Assembly: GCA_963980225.1 (NCBI GenBank)
Contig: CAXBYW010000001.1
Span: 99,301-163,300, forward strand
Source: an uncultured bacterium
Lineage (GTDB): Bacteria; Patescibacteriota; Microgenomatia; UBA1400; MFAQ01
Length of the DNA: 64,000 nucleotides
Direction: 5' to 3'
Shown here piece after piece: positions 18,719 to 28,218 of the stretch. The position numbers were made by a program, and so were the translations under genes. How positions within the stretch are numbered: the first letter of the stretch is position 1; each line of letters starts with the position of its first letter. Under the pieces are notes generated by a model. The model ran no database searches and was not told where the DNA came from. It worked only from the letters and a program-made list of their open reading frames with translations.

Positions 18719-19800
18719 AAATTTCAGTTATCCGAGGAGCATTTTTGAACCCATTTGAGTTGCAAAACTACTACCCACTAGCCAAACGCCATAATGTCCA
18801 AGCAGTTTCTTCTTTAACGCCAATAAGCTCACAAATTAAACTGCCACTTAAAAAACTTTTAAGCCCCACTGATCTATGTGAATTCCCTTACAAATACTCT
18901 GTCCTTAACCGCGTCTTCAAAGATGCCCACTATCTCTTTGGTCTAGAAAAAGTAATAAAAGGGTCTGACATAGTTCACGTAGCCGAAACCTACTACAACT
19001 ATACCCTTCAAGCAATCAAGGCCAAAAGAAAGGGTTTAGTAAAGAAAGTAATCAGCACAGTTTGGGAGGTAATTCCTTTTAACAACGAAAGCTTGTCTGG
19101 CAGACGAGGAATAAAAAAGATTGCAAGAAAAGAGATAGACCACTTCATTACTCCCACCAACTTAGCCAAAAAAGCTTTACTTAAAGAAGGAATCTCTGCA
19201 AAAAAAATAACTGTAATACCTATGGGAATAGACCTTGATAGGTTCAAGCCTACCACCTCTGGTTCGAAGGTCAAGGGAGAAGTAACCATTCTCTTTATCG
19301 GTCGACTAGAAGAATCAAAAGGTGCAGACAATCTAGTTAAGGCTTTCATTAAGTTAAGCAAAAGTATTCTCAACCTGAAATTAAACTTAGTAGGGCAGGG
19401 GACACTAGAAGAAAAAATCACCACCTATAAAAACATCTCTCTAAAAACCGTCCACTACGACAAAATCCACTTAGAGTACCAAAAAGCAGACATCTTTTGT
19501 CTGCCAAGCCAAAATACTCCTACCTGGCAAGAGCAATATGGCATGGTCTTAGTAGAAGCCATGGCGAGTGGTCTGTCCATACTCACTACCGATACGGGAG
19601 CCATTAAAGAGGTCTGTGAGTCTGCCGCCGTTTACACAAAAGGATCTGTTCAAGCTTTGCATGATGGTTTAAAAAAACTTGTCTTGGATCATAAGAAAAG
19701 AAAGGAATTGGCAATAAAGGCCCGTCAACGTGCTGTTTCAAGGTACAATTCCCTAGATACGGCCAAGAAGATAGCCAAGGTATACAAAGATGTCTATTAA
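18715..19800 (+). CDS. glycosyltransferase family 4 (GT-B)
   Basis: QEQYGMVLVEAMASGLSILTTDTGAIKEV motif. It overlaps the previous GT gene by 4 bp. Confidence 0.75.
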   Translation: MKISVIRGAFLNPFELQNYYPLAKRHNVQAVSSLTPISSQIKLPLKKLLSPTDLCEFPYKYSVLNRVFKDAHYLFGLEKVIKGSDIVHVAETYYNYTLQAIKAKRKGLVKKVISTVWEVIPFNNESLSGRRGIKKIARKEIDHFITPTNLAKKALLKEGISAKKITVIPMGIDLDRFKPTTSGSKVKGEVTILFIGRLEESKGADNLVKAFIKLSKSILNLKLNLVGQGTLEEKITTYKNISLKTVHYDKIHLEYQKADIFCLPSQNTPTWQEQYGMVLVEAMASGLSILTTDTGAIKEVCESAAVYTKGSVQALHDGLKKLVLDHKKRKELAIKARQRAVSRYNSLDTAKKIAKVYKDVY

Positions 19801-21094
19801 AAAAACTCTACTAAAAAACAGCTCAATCAACCTTATTGGTTACGGCTATGTTCTAATCTTAAGTTTTTTCTCGATTCCCCTTCTTCTAAAAAACCTAGGC
19901 GTAAATATGTTTGGTGTCTACTTAATATTTGCTGGCATGGTATCTCTAGCTTCTACTTTCAACCTAGGGTTAACCAACGCCCTTGTCAGGTATCTATCCT
20001 TACCCACCGTCTCTAAAAGCAACAAGCTTCGTTACTGGCAAACCTGCTTCAGTCAGTTTATTGTTTTAAGTATTGTTGTATTTTTTCTATCTCTGCTGGT
20101 AAATCTTTTGGTCGTAAGTAAGCTAAATCTTGGCCACTTGTTACCTCAAAGCTCAATACTGGCCACCAGTCTTTTGATCTCACTCATTATTTTTGTCAAT
20201 CATCTGATCCAGCCCATGCTGGTTCTTCCTCAGGTAGATCAAAAATTTGTCTTTTTTAACTTAAGAAACTTGATCATCGGTTCAGGCACGACTCTCTTAA
20301 CTGCTTTTCTATCTAGCTACTATCCATCCTTACCCCACCTCTTTGCCTTCCAGCTTGTTTTGTATATCATTGCCGCTTCTATTTTCCTAAAATATGCAGT
20401 CAACAAGTTTACCTTTGCCAAAGTCTGGCCCAAGTTTCACAAAGACAAAGCTAAAAAACTAACAAACTTTGGCCTTAGAAGCTTCGTTGGTAACGTAGCA
20501 AATCAACTAAGAAACCAATCGTCTAGGTTTGTCCTGGCCGGCATGTTAAACCCTCAAGCCGTTACCATTTTTAGTATTCCGCAAAACATCGTCATGAAGA
20601 TCCTTGGAGGCATCTCTCAACTTACTCTCTCGTTTTTCCCCTTAAGTGCCTCGTTGTCTAGCAAAGAAAGAATAGGTAAGCTGCAAAAGCTAATACTGGG
20701 GATCCAGGGCCTGGTTCTTGTCTTGGGTATCTTCCAGGTCTATCTGGTTTACCAGTTCGGGTTCCAGTTTCTTATCTTTTGGCTAAAAGACATCACTTTG
20801 GCTGCCCAAGCGTTCTCCGTCCTAAAGATTCTGTCGATCTTCTTCTTGTTTACCGGTTTAACACCAATTCCTAGCGTCGTCTTAGATGGTATAAACAAAC
20901 CTCAAATTCCTTCCATGTTTGCAGTCTTCACCGCCATACTAGACATAGCTTTAATCTTTTTATTAACTCCCCAGTACGGGTTTTTGGGTCCTGCCTACGC
21001 TGCCACCATTAGTAGTATAGTTGCCACAGTATTGTTTTTAATTTCTTTTACAATCATTTTTACTCGTTACAAATACAAGCTGACTCATGACTAA
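19790..21094 (+). CDS. polysaccharide flippase (Wzx/MOP superfamily)
   Basis: 434 aa with about 12-14 TM helices. Its position between GT genes and the size/topology match oligosaccharide flippases. Confidence 0.65.
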   Translation: MSIKKTLLKNSSINLIGYGYVLILSFFSIPLLLKNLGVNMFGVYLIFAGMVSLASTFNLGLTNALVRYLSLPTVSKSNKLRYWQTCFSQFIVLSIVVFFLSLLVNLLVVSKLNLGHLLPQSSILATSLLISLIIFVNHLIQPMLVLPQVDQKFVFFNLRNLIIGSGTTLLTAFLSSYYPSLPHLFAFQLVLYIIAASIFLKYAVNKFTFAKVWPKFHKDKAKKLTNFGLRSFVGNVANQLRNQSSRFVLAGMLNPQAVTIFSIPQNIVMKILGGISQLTLSFFPLSASLSSKERIGKLQKLILGIQGLVLVLGIFQVYLVYQFGFQFLIFWLKDITLAAQAFSVLKILSIFFLFTGLTPIPSVVLDGINKPQIPSMFAVFTAILDIALIFLLTPQYGFLGPAYAATISSIVATVLFLISFTIIFTRYKYKLTHD

Positions 21095-21914
21095 AGTATT
21101 CATAATTATCCTAAACTACAACAAGCACGAGGACACAACCAACTGCATCAATCATCTTCATAAATCCGATCTTCCTTCTGGCACAGAAATCATCATCGTC
21201 GACAACTCTCAAACCGATGAGTCAAAGAAAGTTTTAAGTAAGGCTTTTCCAAAAATAAAATTGATCAAAGCTAAAGAGAACAAAGGTTTTGCTAACGGTA
21301 ATAACTTAGGCATACGTTTTGCTCTTAAAAACAAAGCCAGTCACATAATGATCATCAACCCCGACGTCACCGTCGGCAAATCTTTCTTGAAACCACTTTT
21401 AGAAACCTTTAACTCAAAGCCAAAAGCTGGCCTGATATCTCCAATCCACTCCCATCAACAAAACAAACAAACCTTTTTTGGACTGGGAGGCAAGATCAAC
21501 TGGCAAACAACCAAATGCGAGCACTTAAATACAAACAAGTTAACTTTAAAAGAAGCAACCAAATATCAGTTCGTTTCTTTTGCCTGTGTGCTGATTAAAA
21601 AAGAAGTCTTTGAAAAAACTGGCCTGCTAAACGAGCTCTACTTTATGTATCTAGAAGACGTTGACTACTGTCTTACAGCCGGCCAGTCAGGCTTTGACTG
21701 TCTGATCGAACCCAAGGTAAAGATACACCACGATACCTCTTCCTCTTTTGCTATTCCTACTCAGAAACTCAAGATTAGTTTCGTTAGCCAGCTAAAGTTT
21801 ATTAAAAGATGGCTTAAATTCCCCAAGTCCACATATGCCTATATCTACATGATCTTTTTCTACTCCTATCTCTACCTTCTCTGGACATACCATTACTACA
21901 AGAAACGTAAATGA
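21087..21914 (+). CDS. glycosyltransferase family 2
   Basis: N-terminal IIILNYN...IIIVDNSQTDES (GT-A DxD region). Confidence 0.7.
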   Translation: MTKVFIIILNYNKHEDTTNCINHLHKSDLPSGTEIIIVDNSQTDESKKVLSKAFPKIKLIKAKENKGFANGNNLGIRFALKNKASHIMIINPDVTVGKSFLKPLLETFNSKPKAGLISPIHSHQQNKQTFFGLGGKINWQTTKCEHLNTNKLTLKEATKYQFVSFACVLIKKEVFEKTGLLNELYFMYLEDVDYCLTAGQSGFDCLIEPKVKIHHDTSSSFAIPTQKLKISFVSQLKFIKRWLKFPKSTYAYIYMIFFYSYLYLLWTYHYYKKRK

Positions 21915-22666
21915 AACTAACCGCCATTATTCTAAATCACCTGCCTAGAAAAATAATCGAGCCAACTCTTAAGTCAATATCTTTTGCGGACAAGATAATT
22001 ATTATCCACGACTCAAACTCTCCATACGATTCTCCAAAATCAACCAAGTCAGTCGAGGTCATTACTAAACCTTTAAGTAGTTTTGCCACTCAAAGAAACT
22101 TCGCCATAGGCAAAGCCAAAACAGACTGGGTCTTGTTTGTAGACTCAGACGAGATAATAAGTAGCTCCTTAAGACTAGAGATAAAAAAAACCATTAAGAG
22201 AGACGACTATCAAGGTTACTATTTACCTAGGCAAGACATTATCTTAGGGCAAACACTAAAGTACGGAGAAACAGGTTCAATCAAGCTTTTAAGACTAGCT
22301 AAAAAATCTGCCGGTAAGTTCTCAAGATCCGTCCACGAAACCTGGAATATTAAAGGTAGGGTAGGGGAGTTGACCTCTCCAATACTGCACCTTAAGAAAG
22401 AATTTACTAATCCGTTCTTAGGTAAAATAAGCCAGTACGGTTTGCTGGATAGTAAAGAACTTGTCAGTGAAAACAAGCCTTTTTCATTTTTCAGGTTTTT
22501 ATTTTTCCCCATTGGTAAGTTTATTAATAACTACATTATGCGACGTGGACTACTAGACGGTCTCTTAGGGTTATTCCATGCATATATGATGAGCGTCCAG
22601 TCTCTTTCTGTTAGGGTCTTCCAGTGGCAAGCTAGCCACCTACCATCAAAACCTGCTAAACTTTAA
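21911..22666 (+). CDS. glycosyltransferase family 2-like
   Basis: LTAIILNH, IIIIHDSNS and VLFVDSDEI (DxD) motifs. Confidence 0.65.
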   Translation: MKLTAIILNHLPRKIIEPTLKSISFADKIIIIHDSNSPYDSPKSTKSVEVITKPLSSFATQRNFAIGKAKTDWVLFVDSDEIISSSLRLEIKKTIKRDDYQGYYLPRQDIILGQTLKYGETGSIKLLRLAKKSAGKFSRSVHETWNIKGRVGELTSPILHLKKEFTNPFLGKISQYGLLDSKELVSENKPFSFFRFLFFPIGKFINNYIMRRGLLDGLLGLFHAYMMSVQSLSVRVFQWQASHLPSKPAKL

Positions 22667-22671
22667 ATATT

Positions 22672-23541
22672 ATGTCACCAGACAAATATACTGCCACCTG
22701 GGTTTCCCACTCCTCCATATCAGATTTTTTAAACTGCCCTAGAGCTTACTACTTAAAAAACGTCTACAAAGACCCAAAGACCAACCATAAAATACAGATA
22801 ATGACTCCACCGCTAGCCTTAGGCTCTGCGGTCCATGAAGTAATCGAGTCTCTCTCTACCATTCCCACCGACAGTCGGTTTAACAAGCCTTTAGCTCCCA
22901 AGTTTGAAAAAGTCTGGAAAGAGAAGTTTACCGGTAAAAAAGGTGGGTTTTTTGATAAAGACTCGGAAGAGAAGTCTTTTAACCAAGGAATAGAGATGAT
23001 AAAAAGGGTAGTAGACCACCCGGGCCCCTTATCAAACCTAGCCGTGAAAATAACCATGGAGCTTCCCTACTTCTGGCTATCAGAAGAAGACAACATCATT
23101 CTTTGTGGCAAGGTTGACTGGTTAGAGTACTTAAAGGAAAAAGACGCCGTCCACATTATCGACTTTAAAACAGGTAAGTCTGCAGAGGACCCAAAGTCTC
23201 TCCAACTTCCCATCTACCACTTACTAGTAACCGAAACTCAAAAAAGAAAGGTAGCTAAGGCTAGTTACTGGTACCTACAAAGAAAAAACAAACCAGAAGA
23301 GCAAAAACTACCTGACCTAAAAAAGGCACACAAACAAGTGCTAGAGATAGCCAAGAAAATAAAACTTGCTAGACAACTAAATAGGTTCAAGTGCCCTCAT
23401 GATGGCTGTGTCAGATGTAAAGACTTCGAGACAGTTCTAGAGGGTGGGGCAGAGCTAGTTGGAGTCAACGACTTCGGTAATGACGTGTATGTTATTAAAA
23501 AATCTTCATCAAGCAATAACCAAGAAAGCATCATTCTCTAA
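22672..23541 (+). CDS. PD-(D/E)XK nuclease superfamily protein with 4-Cys cluster (Cas4/AddB-nuclease-like)
   Basis: N-terminal Cys (FLNCPRAYY). Core IIDFKTGK (D-x-K) preceded by acidic residues. C-terminal C-x4-C-x2-C (CPHDGCVRC). Confidence 0.55.
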   Translation: MSPDKYTATWVSHSSISDFLNCPRAYYLKNVYKDPKTNHKIQIMTPPLALGSAVHEVIESLSTIPTDSRFNKPLAPKFEKVWKEKFTGKKGGFFDKDSEEKSFNQGIEMIKRVVDHPGPLSNLAVKITMELPYFWLSEEDNIILCGKVDWLEYLKEKDAVHIIDFKTGKSAEDPKSLQLPIYHLLVTETQKRKVAKASYWYLQRKNKPEEQKLPDLKKAHKQVLEIAKKIKLARQLNRFKCPHDGCVRCKDFETVLEGGAELVGVNDFGNDVYVIKKSSSSNNQESIIL

Positions 23542-24577
23542 ATATCTTCTGCTTTTGTGGCCGCTTTACCAACTAAGTCGACTTCCTTTTTCTAGGATCT
23601 ATCTACTTGATCTAGCTGTATCCTTAGCTATTATCCTGCAAATTAAAAAAATCAAACTAAACCATCCCTTACTTAAACCTTTAGTAATCTTTCTTTCTGC
23701 TAGCACCCTTTCTCTTTTAGTTGTCTTTATATCAGGCTCCGGTTCCTTAACAGCCGTTCTTTATCTGCTTAGGCTGTTCCTTTATTCCTTTCTCTTGTTC
23801 ATCTATCTACCTAAAGACGCATCATCTCTGTTAAAAATCTCATTTTTTACCATCCCTATCCTAGGTATACTGCAATATATTTTCTTTCCAGACCTTAGAT
23901 TTTTAAAGCTAATAGGTTACGATGACCACTACTTCAGGCTGACCTTTCCCTTCCTAGACCCCAACTACACAGGGGCCATTCTAAGTTTCACCTTTCTCTA
24001 CTCTATAAAAAATATTAAGAAAAAATCAAACAAAATACTACTAGGTCTTTCTTTGATTGCCTTGGCTCTTACCTTTTCCCGTATCAGCTTCTTAGGTTTA
24101 TTAATAGGCTCAGCCTATCTAGTCTTTAGAAAGAAAAAACTCCAACCTCTTATCATCCTTGTCCAGCTGGGGTTAATATTTTTAGTCGCTATCTCTCCTA
24201 AACCTTTCGGCGAGGGTGTCAATCTAAAAAGAACCTTCTCGATTACCGCCCGTGTAGACAACTTCAAAAAAGGCCTAGATCTTTTTATTGCTCACCCAGT
24301 TACTGGAGTAGGTTACAACACCCTGCCGTTCTCCTTGTCTAAGCACTCAAGCGCGGGGCTAGATAACTCACTTCTCTTTATTCTTGCTACTACAGGCATG
24401 CTGGGGTTCACTAGTTTTGTCTATCTAGTATTTAAGATAAATAGTTTTGTACAGGATCCATACCTAAAAGCAGCCCTAATTTCCTTAGTTATCCACAGTC
24501 TAAGTAACAACACTCTTTTCTATGCTCCAGTAACCATCCTTATCTTTTTGTCTTTAAACCTTAGCGCACGTACTTAA
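23459..24577 (+). CDS. O-antigen ligase/polymerase-like membrane protein (Wzy_C-like)
   Basis: Multi-TM protein with a large loop and GYNT/LPF motifs. The ORF-track start overlaps the upstream gene by 83 bp. The true start may be TTG at 23555, giving MWPLYQL. Confidence 0.45.
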   Translation: MESTTSVMTCMLLKNLHQAITKKASFSKYLLLLWPLYQLSRLPFSRIYLLDLAVSLAIILQIKKIKLNHPLLKPLVIFLSASTLSLLVVFISGSGSLTAVLYLLRLFLYSFLLFIYLPKDASSLLKISFFTIPILGILQYIFFPDLRFLKLIGYDDHYFRLTFPFLDPNYTGAILSFTFLYSIKNIKKKSNKILLGLSLIALALTFSRISFLGLLIGSAYLVFRKKKLQPLIILVQLGLIFLVAISPKPFGEGVNLKRTFSITARVDNFKKGLDLFIAHPVTGVGYNTLPFSLSKHSSAGLDNSLLFILATTGMLGFTSFVYLVFKINSFVQDPYLKAALISLVIHSLSNNTLFYAPVTILIFLSLNLSART

Positions 24578-25262
24578 CCTTTACTATCTTCTCAGTTACA
24601 TTCCCTGCTTTATCTGTGACCAAAAACTTAATCTCATTATCTCCCTCATTAAGTCTAAGTTGTTGATTAAATAATCCATTGCTGTCCAGTCTAATATATG
24701 TATTATTAATCCTTAAGTCTACATCTGTCTCAGACACGTCTCCAGAGACAGAGATGGTCTGTTTTTGTTGACCAAAGAACTCCTGACCTTCAGTTGGAGA
24801 ACTTACCGTAATTTCTGGGTTTTTAAAGTCATAGATTACATTAATAGACTTGGAAGTGCTCTCATTTCCTGCCTCATCTTTAGCCACAACTTTAATTAAG
24901 TTACTACCTTCCTCGAGACTCAAAGACGTTTCGTAAAATCCAATATCGTCAGTTCTCTCGGTAATAATCCGTCTATTATTAATAAAATACTCTACGTCTA
25001 CATTTGCTTCTGTATAACCTTGAACTTTCAGTACAGCACTATTGGTAGCTTCTGGTAGGGCAGAAATAACCGGGGTTTGTGGAGGCACCAAATCTTCAAC
25101 CTGACTAGTCTGGACTCCAGTACCACCAGTTTTTCCGATAACTTCAATCAAAAAGGAAAATCCCCACTTAAACATTACAAAGGTCAAAACCAAAACAAGC
25201 AACAAGTAACCACGAGATAAACTTTTTTTCTTTCTACTTCGATAAGCCCCTCTTCCTGCCAT
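24561..25262 (-). CDS. membrane-anchored protein with bacterial Ig-like (Big) domains
   Basis: N-terminal basic segment plus one TM, then beta-rich repeats (VKVKYV, INVIYDF) typical of Big-fold surface proteins. Confidence 0.4.
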   Translation of the reverse strand: MAGRGAYRSRKKKSLSRGYLLLVLVLTFVMFKWGFSFLIEVIGKTGGTGVQTSQVEDLVPPQTPVISALPEATNSAVLKVQGYTEANVDVEYFINNRRIITERTDDIGFYETSLSLEEGSNLIKVVAKDEAGNESTSKSINVIYDFKNPEITVSSPTEGQEFFGQQKQTISVSGDVSETDVDLRINNTYIRLDSNGLFNQQLRLNEGDNEIKFLVTDKAGNVTEKIVKVKYVR

Positions 25263-25320
25263 GACCCTAGTGTATCAAAAAAACTATTGATATAATGAAC
25301 CACGTTCAAGTAGGGACTAA

Positions 25321-25393
25321 GCGGGAATAGCTCAGTTGGTAGAGCATCTGCTTCCCAAGCAGAAGGTCGAGAGTTCAAACCTCTTTTCCCGCT
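25321..25393 (+). tRNA. tRNA-Gly (anticodon CCC)
   Basis: 73-nt cloverleaf: acceptor GCGGGAA/TTCCCGC, anticodon loop TTCCCAA, T-loop TTCAAAC. Confidence 0.8.
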
Positions 25394-25416
25394 CAAAATT
25401 ACTAAATAAAGAAACC

Positions 25417-26202
25417 ATGCCACACAATCAATACAGACAAAGACAAAGAAATCTTTATCAACCAGGGCAAAAGGAGCCTTTTAATGTCTCCCGTTCAAAA
25501 ATAGACATGTTCATGAGCTGTCCTCGCTGCTTCTATATGGACAGAAGGCTGGGGCTAGGTAAGCCCAGTATGCCTGCCTTTACCCTAAACTCCGCTGTGG
25601 ATAACTTATTCAAAAACGAGTTTGACCTACTAAGAAAAAAGGGAGAGGCTCACGAGCTAATGAAGCAGTACAAGATAGATGCCGTTCCTTTTAAGCACAA
25701 AGACTTACCTGCCTGGAGAGATGACTACTACAGGTACTTGGGAGCCAACGTCATCCATAAGCCTACCAACTTACGTATCGCCGGTATCATAGACGATATC
25801 TGGGAAGATCCAAAAGGCAACCTTTTAATAGTTGACTACAAATCTACCTGCACCACTAAGGAAATAAATCTAAATGACAAGTGGAAGCAAGGCTACAAAA
25901 AACAAATGGAAATCTATCAGTGGATCTTTAGGGCACTAGGCTTTACAGTTTCCGATACTGGCTACTTTGTCTTTGCCAACGGTCAAAGGAATAACCCCAG
26001 ATTTGACGGCAAGCTAGAGTTCACACTTTCCATTATTTCCTATAAAGGCTCGGACAGCTGGATAGAACAGGTACTGCTAGATATCAAAGAATGTCTAGAG
26101 TCAGACACAATCCCAAAGCCCGGAGTAGATGACCAGGGGATTACCTGTGAACACTGCACCTACAAAAAGCTTTCCGCTCAAACAGTCGCCAAGCTTTCTT
26201 AA
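25417..26202 (+). CDS. PD-(D/E)XK nuclease superfamily protein with 4-Cys cluster (paralog of 22672..23541)
   Basis: MSCPRCFY N-terminal Cys pair, LIVDYKST (D-x-K) and C-terminal ITCEHC. Start moved to ATG 25417 because the ORF-track start (25336) overlaps tRNA-Gly. Confidence 0.55.
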   Translation: MPHNQYRQRQRNLYQPGQKEPFNVSRSKIDMFMSCPRCFYMDRRLGLGKPSMPAFTLNSAVDNLFKNEFDLLRKKGEAHELMKQYKIDAVPFKHKDLPAWRDDYYRYLGANVIHKPTNLRIAGIIDDIWEDPKGNLLIVDYKSTCTTKEINLNDKWKQGYKKQMEIYQWIFRALGFTVSDTGYFVFANGQRNNPRFDGKLEFTLSIISYKGSDSWIEQVLLDIKECLESDTIPKPGVDDQGITCEHCTYKKLSAQTVAKLS

Positions 26203-27248
26203 TGGTCTCTATCTAACACGAAATGAACAAGTTTTAACAGATTACTTCTTGCTGGTTCTTCTTTCAAAAACCCTAGATTTTTCTCAAAATACTCCAAAGC
26301 CAACTGTTTGTACTCCTTGGCCTTATTTCTTGCGTAAGTAATGCTTCCCAACTCCTCCATCTTCTTCGTCACCCAGGCTATCTCTGTCTTGGTTTTTTTC
26401 TCTTGAGGCTTGCCTAGTACTGTCAGTAGTTTCTTTCTATCCTCACCCTTAATCTGTTCTAGTAAGTGGCCAAGTATCAGCGTGCGCTTACTTTCCTTTA
26501 TATCTCCACCCTTATCCTTTAAACCGCCAAAATCTCCGGTCACATCCAAAAGATCATCCACTAACTGAAAACACCTACCTAAATACAGTCCAAAGTGAGT
26601 CAGCTTATTAAGTTCATCATTACTTGCTCCTGCGATCATAGCTCCTAGTCTTAGAGGCGCCACAATGCTGTAGTAAGCCGTCTTACCATCGGCAATGAAT
26701 AACCAATCATCTTCTGTTACTTCAAGCTTAGAAGAGGCTACCCAGTCCATCTCTACACCTTGTCCAAGGGCCGTCCGCATCAAGACAGTGTTTAACTCTC
26801 TTATGATCCTAAAGGTAAGTTCGTCTCCTAAGATTTCTTTGTTATCAAACAAAACCCTCCACATAATCATATGCAGCATGTCACCAGCATTCAAAGCTTC
26901 TCCTAAACCATATTTTTTATGTAAACACGCCTCACCTCGTCTTTTTAGTGAGTTGTCCTCGATATCATCATGGATCAAAAGCCACTCTTCAGAAATCTGT
27001 ACAGCCGCAGCTGTCTTCAAAGCTTTTTTTGGGTCTCCTCCCAAAGCTTCACAGCAAAGCATGAGTAGGCTTGGTCTTAAGTACTTACCCTGCCTCTTGG
27101 GGTACTCACTAACTGTCTGCCAAACTCTTTTTGTCTCACCACGAAATCTACCATCGACTTTAAATAGTTCATGGTACTCGGGGTCGACTAAATAGTCTTT
27201 AACCTCTTTCCAAACTTTGGTCTTGTATCCGTTAAGTATTCCTAACAT
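26199..27248 (-). CDS. polyprenyl diphosphate synthase (trans-isoprenyl diphosphate synthase family)
   Basis: First Asp-rich motif DDIEDNSLKRRG and second FQLVDDLLD. Start set at the internal Met (27248) because the ORF-track N-terminus overlaps tRNA-Thr. Confidence 0.8.
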   Translation of the reverse strand: MLGILNGYKTKVWKEVKDYLVDPEYHELFKVDGRFRGETKRVWQTVSEYPKRQGKYLRPSLLMLCCEALGGDPKKALKTAAAVQISEEWLLIHDDIEDNSLKRRGEACLHKKYGLGEALNAGDMLHMIMWRVLFDNKEILGDELTFRIIRELNTVLMRTALGQGVEMDWVASSKLEVTEDDWLFIADGKTAYYSIVAPLRLGAMIAGASNDELNKLTHFGLYLGRCFQLVDDLLDVTGDFGGLKDKGGDIKESKRTLILGHLLEQIKGEDRKKLLTVLGKPQEKKTKTEIAWVTKKMEELGSITYARNKAKEYKQLALEYFEKNLGFLKEEPARSNLLKLVHFVLDRDH

Positions 27249-27277
27249 AAAGCAAGTATAATTATACTTGAATATTA

Positions 27278-27350
27278 GCCTGCGTAGCTCATCTGGTAGA
27301 GCAGCGGTATCGTAAACCGCAGGTAGTCGGTTCAAGTCCGACCGCAGGCT
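27278..27350 (+). tRNA. tRNA-Thr (anticodon CGT)
   Basis: 73-nt cloverleaf: acceptor GCCTGCG/CGCAGGC, anticodon loop ATCGTAA, T-loop TTCAAGT. Confidence 0.85.
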
Positions 27351-27386
27351 CAAGTTTTCTTAAACTAGTCCCTTTGGGGCTCTGTT

Positions 27387-27959
27387 TTATCTAGGTAAAC
27401 TTAAGGTTATTCCTTTATAAAGCATGCTCGGATTAGGTCCAATTAGCTCTTTGTTTGCCTGGTAAATACTTACCCAAGCGAAACCGTCGCCATAGGCTCT
27501 TACAGCTATATCCCAAAGATAATCACCAGCTACAGTAGTGTAGCTATCAGACTCTATGGTGTTTACCAACGTGGTGTCTTCTACGGTAATTTTTCTAACT
27601 GCTACTTGTGGAATAACTAGCTCTTGGCCTACTTCTATTAGTCCAGGGTCTGTGATCAAGTTAGCCTCAGCTATGTCTACAAAATTGTAGCCAGATTTAT
27701 AAAATCTTTCAGCAATACTCCATAAGTGATCTCCTTTTTCTACTATATAGGTATCAGGTAGGTGATCTGGTTTCTCTCCTTCTGTGACTTCGATAATCTT
27801 AACTGGGTCGGTCAATGTACCTTTGTCGTTATCAATAGACTTAAAGTAGTTGAACATTAAAACAGCCACAATCACCACAACCACTCCGCCCATTAATGTG
27901 CTTATAGTTGTCTCGTTAATCTTAAGCGCTTTTAATAAATTCTTTAATTTTTTTTCCAT
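27387..27959 (-). CDS. LysM-domain membrane-anchored protein (two LysM repeats)
   Basis: Two YIVEKGDHLWSIAERF / YTTVAGDYLWDIAVRAYG LysM motifs after an N-terminal TM. Start chosen at MEKKLKN (27959), which has the strong SD AAGGAGGTGA 8 nt upstream. Confidence 0.7.
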   Translation of the reverse strand: MEKKLKNLLKALKINETTISTLMGGVVVVIVAVLMFNYFKSIDNDKGTLTDPVKIIEVTEGEKPDHLPDTYIVEKGDHLWSIAERFYKSGYNFVDIAEANLITDPGLIEVGQELVIPQVAVRKITVEDTTLVNTIESDSYTTVAGDYLWDIAVRAYGDGFAWVSIYQANKELIGPNPSMLYKGITLSLPR

Positions 27960-28097
27960 TATTAATCTCACCTCCTTTTGACCCATCTTATATATCCAAA
28001 CTATCTACGTCAAGATCTAAAAAGCTCAAAACACTAGCAATTTCTTATAAGATCAGTCAAGCAACCGATGAGTTATTCCTTGTCAGGTCTGTACTTA

Positions 28098-28189
28098 CCC
28101 GGGGATTTTTTTATACCTAAAACCACAAGCATGAAACTATATCAAACTACATCTGCAGGGTATACGGGACCATTTTCGAACTTTTTACC
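28098..28189 (+). repeat. repeat module copy R1 (T-run + ATACCTAAAACC linker + tRNA-Asp-3-prime-like core)
   Basis: GGGGATTTTTTTATACCTAAAACC ... ATCAAACTACATCTGCAGGGTATACGGGACCATTTTCGAACTTTTTACC. It shares a TCAAACTAYNTCTGCRGGG segment with the flank and end of the genuine tRNA-Asp at 32005. Confidence 0.5.
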
Positions 28190-28218
28190 ATAGAATTTTC
28201 CTTTGATATAATTTCTGT

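Noticed and set aside
25184-25423. 79-aa minus-strand ORF and the 5-prime extension (25336-25416) of the plus-strand nuclease ORF over tRNA-Gly
   Set aside because: Both overlap the tRNA-Gly gene. The nuclease has a good internal ATG at 25417 just downstream of the tRNA.
27249-27353. N-terminal 35 codons of the polyprenyl synthase ORF as given in the ORF track
   Set aside because: They overlap tRNA-Thr (27278-27350). The internal Met at 27248 gives a product of normal length.
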